From assembly GCA_964188305.1 (NCBI GenBank), contig OZ076886.1: 64,000 nucleotides of DNA; one strand, given 5' to 3'. The notes beneath the pieces are model-generated. The model was not told the DNA's origin. It was given only the letters and a program-made list of their open reading frames with translations, and searched no databases. The stretch is from Podarcis bocagei. Lineage: Eukaryota. This document shows, one piece after another, positions 1 through 12,579 of this stretch. Every line of letters begins with the position of its first letter. Within the stretch, counting starts at the first letter, position 1. The position numbers and the translations under genes were made by a program.

Positions 1-3000
1 GTTTCCAAGCACTTTCAGCAAAATTGGCTCGGGGCTAAAACCGCGAGGCTTCCTCCCAAGCAGCTCGTTTTGCTCAAATCATACTTTGAGTAAAGTACTT
101 CGACTTGACTGAGGGGGACAGTAGAATTTTCCAGCCATGACGGTTTACCTCTGAACTCGGAGGTGGAGATCTTCCACTGAAAAGTCAACTAGGAACAAGT
201 GAGCCGAAGAATTCGAAATGTCAAAACTTAGGAGTAATATCGGCCAATTTAAATCTCATTTGCTCATGTGCTTATTTAGAACTGGCGTCCAAAATAACAA
301 GGAAGGGGTGCGGGGAATTGTCAAGGTGTGTTAATTGATCCTTGTTTTTATTATTTGCATCATTGTAGCATTATTTGGTTTATTCGAAATGGAGGGAGGA
401 ATATCAGAAAGTGGAAAACTTTTACAAGGAAGAAAAAAACAACTCTTATTTTTATTTCTGCCCCTGTAGAGTCTTCCAGCGTTGGGACTTAAATCACTCC
501 AGAACATTTTCTATGCTGCCGACGGGATAAGGAGAGACAGCTAGAAAAAAAGAAAGGAGTCTCTCTGTTCTAGAGGGGCAGAAAGTTCGCTGTTCTTTGA
601 GCCCAACTCCTGGAAATAATTTGGATTTTATTTTATTTATATTTGCTGCCCTCTTTCTTGGTCAGGTCCTAGAAGTCCCAATTTCCCTCATATTCAACTG
701 TCATGTACAATCTAGCTTCTGTTCTAAGCCGCATGTGTGTTACACAAGCACATACAAGTTTTCAGCAAAAAGATATTCGATAGTCCCCAAAGTAGTCACC
801 GGGACTTGCTTCCGAGTAAACATGGTTAGTATCCTATAGTTAGCCGAACTTGGGCCGGATCCTAAGGACACCGGCCTCCCCATCCTTGCCACGTTTTCCC
901 CGAAACAAATTCCCGTGACCTCAACAGGGCTTTCTTTACTTCAGAGGAGAGAAAAACTCTATGCCGGCACGTCCACTGGAGTCGGAAGGATTTTCTCAGT
1001 AAAGGCGCTTAAAATGTGAAGAAGGGGCTATGTAAGCCGTCCAAATTCTTTCGCGCAGGAGGACGCGCCGTCGCCTAATAGATTTCAGCGTCCGGGCTGA
1101 AACTGTGCGTGTGGTGGTGGTGGTGGGGGGGGGGGAGCTCACGTCGAAGTGTGAAGGTTCCCGCTCCCCATGTCTTCCTTGTTTCGCGGCGCGGGTAGGG
1201 ACAGGCTTAAAAGCTAGAGATATAATTCGGATCCGCTTCAAACCAGTGTCAATGGATTTCTTGTCAAGGGGGAAAGACTGTATCGCGTCGATAGTGGCGC
1301 AACTTGCCTTCGGGGGTGGGGGACGTCTTCGGTGCCGATTTGGGGACATGATTCCAGAGCCCCCCACGCAGTAGGATGAGCAGAAATCCCCCCAACTACA
1401 TTTTGAGGTATAGAGGGGTGGGGTAGGAATAAGAGACCATTAAGACTAAAATCACCTCATTGCCTCACAGGGCCATCGCGGAGGACAAAAGCGCAAAAAA
1501 ATTAAAAATTAGTGAAATCAATGTAAAGAAATAATAGCCTTCTCTCCGCTTATTTTTCTTCTTCTCAAAAAGTCAATTGACTGCTAGATGAGACTCGGGG
1601 CAAAATCCCCGAAAACGATCCCGTGGTTACCGCTGGTGTGGAAGCGAAGCGAAGCCGAATCGGATTCTGTTTAAATAGAAGTCTGCTGCAAGCTCCCAGC
1701 GAACATTAAAATGAAGACAATAAATGCGCCGAAGGGAGCGAGCGGGAAGGGGTGTGTGGACATGTAGAGGGGGCTGAACCAAATAGGAAAGGAAATTCAG
1801 TTCCCTATGATCCGAATCTTCTGTGGTGGCAACATGAAAAATGACAGAAGGCTCCCCGCAAGTTTTCAAAGCGAGAGAAAAGTTTCTTTCTCCCCTCCGT
1901 CAACCCTCTTTTTGGAGTGAAAGAAATTTTATGTGTCGCCAAAGCTTGGAGAGGGTGGGGGGGGGGCAAGCGTGAACTTTCCAACTGAGTCGACAGAAGC
2001 TGGTAATCACGAACAGACACTCTCAAATGAAAACCCCAGCGAAGTGAAGTTCTTTCAGGATATTCTAACGATTTCAGTCTTGGAAAGAAATTCCAAGAGT
2101 GCGCTCCGGAATGAAGAAACCAATCCTTGTTTCCCCGCACCTCCAAATACCACACACCAATCTTTCGCTCAATTTAACTCCATTCTCAAGATGCCCCAAA
2201 GGTGTTCCTAATTTTCACATTAGCTGCAATCCTCAGCGTATTAGCCCAGCCCTAAATCCCACTATCTCAATGGGATTTGACTCCCCAGCCGTGGCGATCG
2301 GGATTGCAGCTCCGGTCCGCTCCCCTCCCCAGCCTGTTTAGGAGAAAAAAACACTTCGCTTTCTTTCGAGGAATGGGAAGAGATTTGTATTTCATTGTCC
2401 AGCAGTCCTCAGTTTCTCAGGAACTTGACAATAATCCTTTAAAAGTGGGGGGATGGCGAAAGAGGCATCTCCACTCAAAGAACACAAGGGGATGAGGAGC
2501 CCCAGAAGATCACTATTCATTAAGATCCTTTCAAAATGAGGAGATCAAAGAGAAATGGAATCCGTTGATCCAAATCTGCACAGCTCCCTCACTCATAAGG
2601 ACACCGAGAGTCTCCTTGCCTAATCTTGCTTCTTCCCTTCCGGGGCAGGAAAACTGACTTTTAATTTCTTGGGGTTTTTCGAAGGAAACGATTGAGAAAT
2701 TCCTCTCCTCTCTCTCTCCCCCCCCCCCCCGACTTTATTTTTATTTTTAAAATACTGAGCCTGTGGAAAAAGCTGTGCGTGTGTATGTGAAAGAGAGATC
2801 ATGTTTGAGTGCAGGGTGAATGTATGAAAGACTTGCAGGTATTCAGAATCGACATTTGGGCGTCAGGGATGCGTCTGGATACGCGAAAGGGTTTGCGCAC
2901 AAGTTTGCGCAAAACTTCGTCGGCATTGGAGGGGCTTTGTGCAAAAATAAAGGGCCATTCTACACACGCACTTTATGGGGTTGTTGCTGTTTTCGATGTT

Positions 3001-3940
3001 TTGGCGTGTTGCCACACGACGTCGTCATTATTCCGCTACTATTCCGGAATATCTTCCTCAAAAGGACGCTTTTTCTTCCCTCCCCGCCATCTGACACCTG
3101 TCAAAGATCTGGAACGGATCCTCAATATTTTCTTTAGGGTGGCATGTGCACAAGCACCAGCTCACTTTCTGTGGGGAAATTGGATGGGTGCGTGTGGTTT
3201 CCAGTCGTCTGCTTTGCGCTACTTTCCTGTGCCAGTCCTTCAGTTGGGAGGAGAGACATGGCAAGTAGGGAAGGGAGTTCGGGTAGTAGCTCAGACGGAC
3301 ATTTCTTCTAACCTCCCATGCGGTTAGAATTCCAGTAATACTAGGCATTATATATAAGCAAAGCTAAAAAGTTATTCCCACGAAATGCTCATAGCTCCTG
3401 GTGGCTGGAGGAACACGAGGTGGTGGGACTACAGACCCAGAACTTTCCCCAACTTGAGCACAGCCGACCATTAGTGTGGAAGAGAAAACCTCCCCTCATT
3501 CTCCCATAACAGCCACATGGGACCAAAGGTGCAGACGGACAGCTCCGAATTCACTCTTAAAAACATTGGCTCAAAGTGCAACGTTGCCAATGTGACTAGT
3601 AAGTGCGGAAAGACCCGAACAATTTGCGGGTGAAATGTCTTGGAGTGCGGGTTTACGGATAAGTGACAGAAGAGGCGTTGCTGGCGAAACAAGAAGGGCT
3701 GGTAGCTATTCACTGACGTGGACACCGCTTGGCACTTGAGGGTGGCGCTTACAGATTTCAGTGCAAGTCAGTTCCCTGGAAGATCGCGGTCTTAAAACCA
3801 CGTCCCAGGCAGCAGCGGTGGTGGTACCTACCCAGCCTGATCCTAGGCACCTTTACTCAGAAGTAAGCGCCACTGAGTTGTGGACAAACGTGCACAAGAT
3901 CGCAGCTGTTCAGCAAACGTGCCTAAATCTTAGATATAGT

Positions 3941-4145
3941 TGAGATTCCTGCATTGCTATATTATGTGGGAAGGGGAGTTATTGTTTTGCTGTTTTTGTT
4001 TAAATTATTTACCTGTGTTTTTATCTTGTACTTTACTCTGTGAAGCGTCCTGAGATCTTGTGAGGAAGAGCGGCATATAAATTTAATAAATATATAAAAT
4101 AATAATAATTGCAGGGAGTTGGATTAGATGATCCTCGGGGTCCCA
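3941..4145 (+). mobile_element. CR1-type/SINE 3' tail interrupted by an L2-like 3'-end insertion (3958-4107)
   Basis: tgagattcctgcattgc...ttgcagggagttggattagatgatcct rejoins into the same tail seen at 9800-9835. The insert ends in an A-rich (TAA)n tail and is flanked by ATTGC at 3953-3957 and 4108-4112. Confidence 0.6.
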
Positions 4146-4270
4146 TAGGTCCTCTTTTTCCAGGGCATGTCCTCTCTTCCGTGGTAGAATCGTCATAGCG
4201 ATCCATAGTTAAAAGTAGAAGTCGGCAAATCATGTGTCCTCTTTTTTGCTCTTCAAAATATGGCAACCCT
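4138..4270. mobile_element. Degraded hAT (Tip100-like) MITE
   Basis: Ends gggtcccataggtcct... and ...atatggcaaccct, with internal gtcctctttt repeats. Resembles the element at 19024. Confidence 0.45.
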
Positions 4271-5608
4271 TGCTGCTGCCCATCACTTCAGCCTTTAGGT
4301 CTGCGAGCGCTTCCTTGCAAGGAAACCTCACTGATCGCAACGGGGCTTATTCCCAAGTAACTGTGCACAGAATCGTAAGGACGAAAGCGCCTTTTCTTCC
4401 GAAATGTGTTCCTGGGAATAGCTGGGGAGCGCTTTCGCTCCCAGTACTTTGGTGTCAAAGGGGAGGGCCTTGCTTCCGCGCCAGAATTTGCGCGCCTCAC
4501 CGTTTGATCGCACCGGTCCTGCCAGGAGTCATTCCCAATGCATGACGATGCTGGCAGCGTCATCAGTCCGTAGAGACTCACACAAGGCAGCTTCCAGAGG
4601 AGGAAGGGACCTCTTCAGTTTGGTTCAGCTCATCTCATCTCCTGGCCGTCAACACAAAACGAACAGGCGTTCCTGAGCCAGTTTCAACACTCTCTGCGGG
4701 TGGGAAAAACGAAGCAGAGATTCTCTCGCATTTTCCTCCGGAGTGGTTCTGAGATACTGGGAAAGGGTGTGTGTGTGCACGGAACGGCACTCCGGAGAGG
4801 CCTCCCGGGGTAGATCAGTTACAGCCTTGCAGATCAGCAGCTGGGCTTTCTTTTCCGGCAGGAAAGTCAAGCCCAGCCCAGTCCCCGGCCAAGCAGCGCT
4901 TTGTAGCCTGGGATGAATGTGGCAGTGGTGGGTGGGTGTGTTCTGAAGTCAAATTGCAGGTCCCGTTCCTTAGCAGCAAACTCACCCTGCTTGGGCTTGG
5001 AGGGGGGGATGATCTTTATTTTGCTACAGCAAGTGGACGTGAGTACTGTGTTCTTTACAATATTGCCTTTATAGAAAATAATATTGGCCTTGTGGACAGT
5101 TTGTGAAATTCACTGGGGATCTGGTTAGGGGCTGTGCAAGTTGGCTCCTTCCATCCCCCCCCCCCCCCAGGAATGATTCATGGCTAACAGACTCCCAGTG
5201 CAATGCAAAGGCTTCCTCCGCCCTGGCTCTGTTGCACAGGCTGCAGGCACAGAGACTTTTCAGAGACTCCAGGCCAATTCCCCAGAGCTTCAACTAGCCC
5301 TGATGACATACACCTTTTGGCTTTTGGGAGGATAACCCTCCCGTCACCATTTAACAGATTTCCCTGCCAGCATCTGGATCCTTTCCTGTAACTTCTCTCT
5401 GTAGAAAAGGGCCAGGGCTCTTATTTAGATGGGCCACTTGGAGGGCAGCTTTATTCCAGGAGTTTATTGGGGCATGTGGAATCCCCTTCTGCCTTCTTTC
5501 TTTGCCTGGAAGCATTGGGAGCCAATCACATCATCTCCAAGAGGCAGGAAGTGACAGAAGAGGTCCATTTCATTTTTTCTAGAAAAGTTCAGGAAGGCTT
5601 GCCCAATA

Positions 5609-5850
5609 CAGTGGTACCTCGGGTTAAGTACTTAATTCGTTCTGGAGGTCCGTTCTTAACCTGAAAGTGTTCTTAACCTGAGACACTACTTTAGCTAATG
5701 GAGTCTCCTGCTGCCGCTGTGCCGCCAAAGCACGGTTTCTGTTCTCATCCTGAAGCAAAGTTCCTAACCCGAGGTACTATTTCTGGGTTAGCAGAGTCTG
5801 TAACATGAAGCGTATGTAACCTGAAGTGTATGTAACCCGAGGTACCACTG
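5609..5850 (+). mobile_element. Tc1/mariner-superfamily MITE (family A)
   Basis: TIRs CAGTGGTACCTCGGGTT / AACCCGAGGTACCACTG with TA on both sides. Near-identical copies at 10044, 42714 and 60351. Confidence 0.9.
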
Positions 5851-5852
5851 TA

Positions 5853-6598
5853 TATTCAACCCTTCTGGACAGCAGTCCTACAAGAGATATGCAAAAGAAC
5901 TAAATAGGTATTAGAACTCACCCCAGAACTGGCCCTACTGAACATCTTCCAAGATCATAATGACCACTCACATTATACAGAGCTTATAACCCACCATCTC
6001 TCAGCAGCCAGAAGGCTCATAGCCAGACACTGGAGAGGCCTGTCAGGAGTAAACAAGGACCAATGGTATCGGATTGTATGGGAAACGGCCTTACCAGAAA
6101 AGCTAACCAATAAACTGAAACTGTCATGGGGACAAATAGAAGTGGACACCTTCACCCCATTCACATACACAGCCCAACAAGACAACAACAAGACTCCACT
6201 AACAGCATATAAAGCAATCTAGTTTACCTGACCCAACAAAACCTCCCCCCCTCACAAATGCAATCAAACCCCACTGCAGCCAGCCACAGACAACTAACCA
6301 CACCCTGCCCCCCAAAACCTCTCACTAGCAAGGATGTGTAATAAACAAATAGAAAGGGAACCAACCCCGTTGATGCTGACACAAAACCCCACATGTACAC
6401 TGTATAAAAGAATATAAAATATAAAAGAATATAAGCCTCACCATCCCTCCTCTCCCCACCCTTATACTGTACTCAACACTAATGTCTCACAACAAATGTA
6501 ACTGATTTGTAAGAAAGACTGTACAGCCTGAAAAAGGCATGTACTTTTGTAAACCAAGAAAAGCTTTAATATTTTTTTTAAAAAAAAATTAAATAAAA
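5853..6598 (+). mobile_element. 5'-truncated L1-clade LINE (ORF2 C-terminus, 3' UTR, A-rich tail)
   Basis: Manual translation IQPFWTAVLQEICKRTK*VLELTPELALL...SAARRLIARHW...W matches the L1 ORF2 C-terminal pattern. In-frame stop present; A-rich tail at ~6580-6598. Confidence 0.75.
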
Positions 6599-6772
6599 TG
6601 CCTCTGATTGAATCAAGGCTTTTCAAATTGGGCATCATCAAATCTCAAATTGTGCAACAAGAAAAATATGTGGTTAGAAAACTTTCACGCTGCAGATGGA
6701 TTGAGTTGCAACTGATCTGTGTATTTGATCCCAGTTGAGGTCTGGTGCAAAAAGACATGTTAAAATAATTTA

Positions 6773-6865
6773 AGGCTACAGTTGTGAGCACATTTACAAG
6801 GGTGTAGGTCTCCTTGAACTCAGTGAGGTTTACTTCTGAGTAATGATGCCTGGGGATCATGCAGC
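6773..6865. repeat. Short (~90 bp) quasi-palindromic dispersed repeat, MITE-like; degraded relatives near 3833-3908, 4297-4380, 15351-15421, 15925-15982
   Basis: Shared core gaactcagtgnggnttacttctgagta / ttactcagaagtaag and ...ggatcgcagc ends recur across the window. Confidence 0.5.
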
Positions 6866-7872
6866 AAACTGGTTCCAACTTCCATGTTGTGTATGTAAGA
6901 ACAGTCCCATTCTTCATGCGGCCATTCTTTTGGGTTGTGTGTGGTACACAGATGGACCTGGGCTCCCCGGTCACTTGAGGAATGATGCAGCTTGTCTTTC
7001 ACAATTTATGAGTCTTTTGTAGGCATGGAAGTTCAGAGCCTAATTACCATCTATAGTAGATTATTAGTTGCTCCCCCTCCCCTTATCTCCAGTTCTTTCC
7101 TCAGTCTCCAAGTGGCTAACATAAAATCTCAATCTGGACCAATAAAGAGAAAGAGGTTGACATGACTTTGTATTTGTTTGCTTAGATAGGGTTGATTGGC
7201 AAGACTGCACTTTATTTAGTCTTTTCTGTAGGATTTGACCTAGTCTGAATGTTACTTATGGTGGCTGTTTGATTCAACATGTTAAAGAGTGAATTGGCAG
7301 CTAATTATTTGCATCTTTTGTCTCATGTCTTTGTTATTAGAATGTGAATGTGGTTTTCCCCCTTTCACACTAATGGCGGTTTGTGTCTTAACTGAGAAAA
7401 GTCCTGGGCCTATAGTCACACCCCTCACATACCCTCATGTTCCTCCAGCCAGTGGAAGAAAGAGAGAAAAAGGGAGTCTCAGGTCAGGAATCATTTACTC
7501 AGCAGCCCCAGCCAAGGACTGAGTAAGTGAGCTGGAGTTTATTACCACCCACATTTTGTAGCCCTCTACATCTCCTGGCTTCCCCAATCCATCCCTGGAG
7601 TGAGCTGTACTGTTGTTCTTTTGATATGCATTTGGACCTACTCTCAATGCTCTTAAGAATGGGTATGAGACAAAGTGCCTCTGACATTATTTCCTTTCAT
7701 ATGTTGATCTAAACAGCCTAGTGCGCCTGGAATGAGCTAATTCATACTAATTTACTGAATTAATTCAAAAAATCTCTAAATTACATCTGAAAGTTCTTAT
7801 AATTTCTGGGTGAACTGAATGTGAATTAAGTTCCTATTGTGGTGGAACTTTGGGTAATTTTAAATTCAGTTC

Positions 7873-7873
<1 letters not shown>

Positions 7874-7905
<32 letters not shown>
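7874..7905. repeat. (AC)n microsatellite
   Basis: Direct reading. Confidence 0.95.
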
Positions 7906-7909
<4 letters not shown>

Positions 7910-8370
7910 CATCACACTTAACTCTTGTGTTTGACTGCAGCCACTGTGCCTACTATTTGTACCAACAGTATCTGAGAACTGATGCTGCTGTTTAACCTGA
8001 AAGAGTACAATCACTGGGAAAATAAATGACAACATTATTCACATTACACTCCATGTGCGTTCAGATGGTTTCTTAGTTTGCTTAACTATATTTTAAACTT
8101 TAGCTGGAGAAAATGCCGAGTACCACATGAATGAATTGCAAATTGAACTCAAATCAAATTAGTTCTTTTTTGAAGGAGGCAAACTTGAACTGGACTGAAT
8201 TTCCTTTTGGAGGGCATGAAATGGAAATGAAACTAATTCCCTTTCAAAATGAGCTGTCCTAGCCCTGGGTTTGCTTAAAAACAGAGCAGCATTTGCTCTG
8301 ATTCTGGTAGAACAAGGGCTGATATCTATGTTTCAGCTACTATGTGGCTGTTGTCCTGGATTGAATCAGT

Positions 8371-8623
8371 GGGCTGGCAGTGTGGTGTAGTGGTTAAGAG
8401 CGGTAGACTCGTAATCTGGTGAACCGGGTTTGTGTCTCCGCTCCTCCACATGCAGCTGCTGGGTGACCTTGGGCTAGTCACACTTCTCTGAAGTCTCTCA
8501 GCCCCACTCACCTCACAGAGTGTTTGTTGTGGGGGAGGAAGGGAAAGGAGATTGTTAGCCGCTTTGAGACTCCTTTGGGTAGTGATAAAGCGGGATATCA
8601 AATCCAAACTCCTCTTCTTCTTC
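8371..8623 (+). mobile_element. Full-length tRNA-derived CORE-SINE (Squam3-like)
   Basis: Pol III A box (tggtgtagtgg) and degenerate B box, MIR-like CORE segment gggtgaccttgggctagtcac, L2-like 3' end, (CTT)n tail. Confidence 0.8.
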
Positions 8624-9493
8624 AATACTCCATTTTCATCATAGCATTAGAACTCCTTTTGGACATTTGAACTGAAAATTGCATACTAATAGCTTTCCCC
8701 TTTGTGACCAACAGGTCCCAGTTCCAATGCACATTGCAATGTGGTCATTTTGGGGAGCAGAAACAAGTGGGCATCACAGAGATGCATGGAGAGAGTGAAT
8801 TTGTTTCCCCATTTCTGTGGCCATTCCACACCACTTGCGGCTTTTAGTTTCATATCAGAATTTCAGGGTGTTTGTCATTTTAATTTTTGCTTCAGCTCTG
8901 TGGTTGTATCAGCCAAGTAGTGGAGCAATTTCAAGCAGTCTCCATAGTCTTATGACTGTAATGTGTAAATCAGGCCTAACTTCATTTTGAAATGTTGCCA
9001 TGTTCAGCCAAAGGGAATCATTTTCATGCTGTAACACAACTCCCTCCTTTGGGTTTCATTGGCTGAGTGGGTTCGGGGTGTACTCTTATTCTCCGTCATA
9101 AACACCCAGTCAGCTCCATTTCTTCTCCCAAGAAACCGGAAGTCATTATACTTTTTTTTTTTTTTTTTGCCCTGACCTGCCCCTAAAGTTTTAATCCCTC
9201 TTTCTGCAAACACCGTTCTTTGCTGGCTCAATGCCATTTGGCTTGAATGGGGAGGAGTGTTTTCCAGTGCTCCAAGGAGAGATGAGTAGGAGTGACATGA
9301 CAGAGTTGAGTCAAGAAAAAATGTGGGCTGGATGTCAAAGAACTTTTTATTTTTTTATTTTTTAGTGAGATGGATGGAGTGTGGACATTGCTCGAGGGAA
9401 GAGGTAGAAATTGAATGGCTGGAATATCTGAAACAGTGCTGGGGAATGGAAAGACACAGAGAACAATTGTGGTTGCATCAAACAAGGAAGAAA

Positions 9494-9543
9494 AGTAAGT
9501 AAGTAAGTAAGTAAGTAAATAAATAAATAAATAAATAAATAAA
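9494..9543. repeat. Compound (AAGT)n(AAAT)n microsatellite
   Basis: Direct reading. Confidence 0.9.
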
Positions 9544-9723
9544 GTCCTTCACTTCCATTTCTCTTTTTAGAGCACAAATACACAGTGTGTTCACTCTAGC
9601 CAGACAGACAGAGAGAACGATGCCCTTTTATGAACTTTTAATGTTTGGGCCAATCAAACTGATGGATCTTTTCCGTATTCATTAACTATTTACACTGGAA
9701 CTGATGCATCAAAAGTTATGAGG

Positions 9724-9849
9724 ACTTATGTAGCTCAGTTGGTAGAGCATGAGATTCTTCATTTCAGAGTCGTGGGTTCGAGCCCCATGTTGGGCAAAAG
9801 AGTCCTGCGTTGCAGAGGGTTGGACTAGCTGACCCTTTTGTTCCCTTCT
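9724..9849 (+). mobile_element. tRNA-Lys(CTT)-derived SINE with CR1 3' tail (POM/Squam2-like lacertid SINE)
   Basis: tagctcagttggtagagcatgagattcttcatttcagagtcgtgggttcgagccccatgttgggc closely follows tRNA-Lys-CTT and runs directly into the CR1-like tail cctgcgttgcagagggttggactagctgaccc. Confidence 0.8.
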
Positions 9850-10043
9850 ATTATTTTTCTAGAATTGAGGAAGGAAGCCCATTGATTACGAGAAGATATA
9901 AAACGGTGAGAGTCGCTTCCAAGTCAACAAGTGGAGGATCAAACTGCCATTGTTATATTTACTGAAATTTGTGGGACTTCTGATTTGCATAGGATCATAA
10001 TGTAAAGCAACCTTCGTCAGTACCAGCTAGCCCAACTGTGCTA

Positions 10044-10269
10044 CAGTGATACCTTGGGTTCAGTACTTAATTCGTTCTGGAGGTCCGTTCTTAACCTGAA
10101 ACTGTTCTTAACCTGAAGCACCACTTTTGCTAATGGGGCCTCCTCCTGCTGCTGCACTGCTGGAGCCCGATTTCTGTTCTTATCTTGACGCAAAGTTCTT
10201 AACCTGAAGCACTATTTCTGGGTTAGCGGAGTCTGTAACCTGAAGCGTATGTAACCCGAAGTACCACTA
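10044..10269 (+). mobile_element. Tc1/mariner MITE (family A)
   Basis: Slightly mutated TIRs cagtgatacctt / gtaccacta, TA flanks, internal sequence matches the 5609 copy. Confidence 0.88.
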
Positions 10270-11605
10270 TATATATATGGTGCCGATGGAATTTTGTAGG
10301 CACCAGATTTAGGAAGGCTGCTGTAAAGCCTAAGATTGGGCAGAGATTCTACAGGCATAATCGAGAAGTACTTTAACATCTGAAGCCTGTTGTTGCTGTT
10401 GCTTAAAATCACATGGAATGCAAACCCGGCTCATAGAGTACAACTGATTAAAAAATGACTCTCTTCTGATTTCTATCTCATATCAACAGCACACAAAACT
10501 CAAGAGAGGGACTTATAGCTGGCTATTTTTGCATGTCTGCTTAGGAATAATAAACACTGGACAATCTCAGGTAAATGGGCATAAGATTCTGGCCTGATTA
10601 TGTTATATTTGCAAATATTCTAAAAGCACATTAGATTTCCTATTTATTAAACCAGCCCCATTTATATTTTGCTCAAAAATACTAGTACAATGTAGTGACA
10701 GACATCTAACTACCCCAAACTATATGCATTGTGCTTAGCAACATTTGCCAGTTTCGGTGTTTCCTGGGATTTGGCAACTGAGTGGAAGCAGTTTCATCCC
10801 TTTGGTTTTACCAAGCTGAAACACTCCTGCAGCCAGCAACCCCCTGCCTTGCACATTTCCCAGATAATTACAGATTAGAACAGGCTAATTTTTATTTTCG
10901 CAAAGCCGCCGGAGATCTATGTTTGTTATTATTGTCTCCTAGGTTGCCACTTGCATAAATACATATGTAAAGCCCTTTGATCTGCAGGCATAATGACATA
11001 GATTTATCAAATGTTTGCCTTTTTCCATCATTCTTTTTTTTTTTTTTAAAAAGCTTGATTTATTGAGTGCAATCCCTGCCGCCCTCCCTCTCTTGAAATA
11101 TGAAGTGTTCATGAATAGCTAAGGTAATATTTAATATCCTCCCAAGAAGCCTTTGCACTTTCTAACAAATGAACTACAACCTAACCAAATGGCTCACATC
11201 TGTTTAGCCTCCTCTCTTTTTAACTAAACAAATTAGCATTAGAATACCTGGGAGACAACATACAAAGTCCCCTTTCTAGATGACAGAACACAGACAATTA
11301 TTAGCAAGGGGAAAACAGTCCTGAAAGACGCCGGCCTGACTTGAGCAGATGTTTTCACATCTCCTGTAGTGCCCCTGAATGAGTTGTACCCCAGCGGACA
11401 CACTGCCCCGGTCTTTTGAAGTGGGCCAGGGAAACCATTCACAGCCCTCTGATGAATGGAAACTTGCTCACTTAAATGTTTCATTTAAAATCCCTCCCTG
11501 CAAGACCAGCATGTTACCTTCAAAACATCAACATCAACAAATCTATTGTTTTTAACTAATTTGTTTTTATTCCTGTGCATTTAATTATTTTAAATGTCGT
11601 AAGTC

Positions 11606-11771
11606 NNNNNNNNNNNNNNNNNNNNNNNNNNNNNNNNNNNNNNNNNNNNNNNNNNNNNNNNNNNNNNNNNNNNNNNNNNNNNNNNNNNNNNNNNNNNNNN
11701 NNNNNNNNNNNNNNNNNNNNNNNNNNNNNNNNNNNNNNNNNNNNNNNNNNNNNNNNNNNNNNNNNNNNNNN
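11606..11771. other. Assembly gap (166 N)
   Basis: Run of n. Confidence 1.
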
Positions 11772-12022
11772 GTGGTCCCTCGCAAGACGAAAATAATTCG
11801 TTCCGCGAGTCTTTTCGTCTTGCGATGTTTTTCGTCTTGCGAAGCACAGTCCGTCGCAACTGCGCCTCTTCAAGCGGCTTTTAAAAAAAAGCGCAAGACG
11901 TTTTCGTCTTGTGAAGCAAGCCAATAGGGAAATTCGTCTAGCGAAGCAACGCAAAACCGAAAAACCCTTTCGTCTAGCGAGTTTTTCGTCTTGCGAGGCA
12001 TTCGTCTTGCGGGGCACCACTG
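11772..12022. mobile_element. CpG-rich Tc1/mariner MITE (related family), left tip lost in the gap
   Basis: gtggtccctcgcaagacg ... cgtcttgcggggcaccactg followed by TA. Many internal cgtcttgcga/tcgcaagacg motifs. Confidence 0.8.
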
Positions 12023-12405
12023 TATAAATTGGTGTGCTTTGGGCAAAAGTTTTTTTCTAGCCATAACTAAGTGGCAAGAAAGAAACAGGGCATTAGAATG
12101 AGCTCTTAATTTGAAAGCCTAGCAATGTATCATTTCCCCTGGGGGATCTATAAGAATGCCAGTGCATAGAACCACAAGAGCTGACCTCATGGAGCCTCCC
12201 TTTAAAAGCCTCCAGAAATAAACTGCCCAACTTCCACAGTTAACTTATTCTGTGGCCCACTTCTTACAGTTAGGAAGGTAGTCACCTGATTTCAGCTCTG
12301 CTGAAACTTTAATTTGATGCCTCTTGTCCTTTCAGTGCTTCCCTCATGTCCTTGTTTCCCTGAGGTTTTAAACCTGTGTCTTGACAGTGCCACTTGAGTT
12401 GGAAT

Positions 12406-12406
12406 A

Positions 12407-12462
<56 letters not shown>

Positions 12463-12464
12463 AA
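12406..12464. repeat. (AAAG)n microsatellite
   Basis: Direct reading. Confidence 0.95.
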
Positions 12465-12579
12465 AGTTTTCTACTCATAGAAAACTAGTATGTTGGGCAG
12501 AAGGATGTTCTAGAAGATTTCTCTTTGACATCTAGTTTTCTGGATCTTCCTGATGGAGAAATATGCAGTTATGAAACAC

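Larger units (their letters stand above)
1..4900. promoter_or_regulatory. CpG-island-like region, probably regulatory DNA of the neighbouring gene left of the window (HS3ST3B1 by synteny, inferred)
   Basis: CpG dinucleotides are visibly frequent to ~4.9 kb (e.g. ttcgcgcaggaggacgcgccgtcgcc, ttcgcggcgcggg) and drop sharply afterwards. No recognisable coding exon. Gene assignment is by recalled synteny only. Confidence 0.65.

Noticed and set aside
996-3348. Several 90-170 aa ORFs in the CpG-rich region, including a possible HS3ST3B1 exon 1
   Set aside because: None resembles a sulfotransferase N-terminus or any family I recognise; long ORFs are expected in GC-rich DNA.
9724-9796. Functional tRNA-Lys gene
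   Set aside because: The 5' acceptor stem is degraded, the anticodon arm has substitutions, and the sequence continues into a CR1-type tail: a SINE head.
11556-12064. ORFs spanning or adjoining the N run
   Set aside because: Artefacts of the gap and of MITE sequence.
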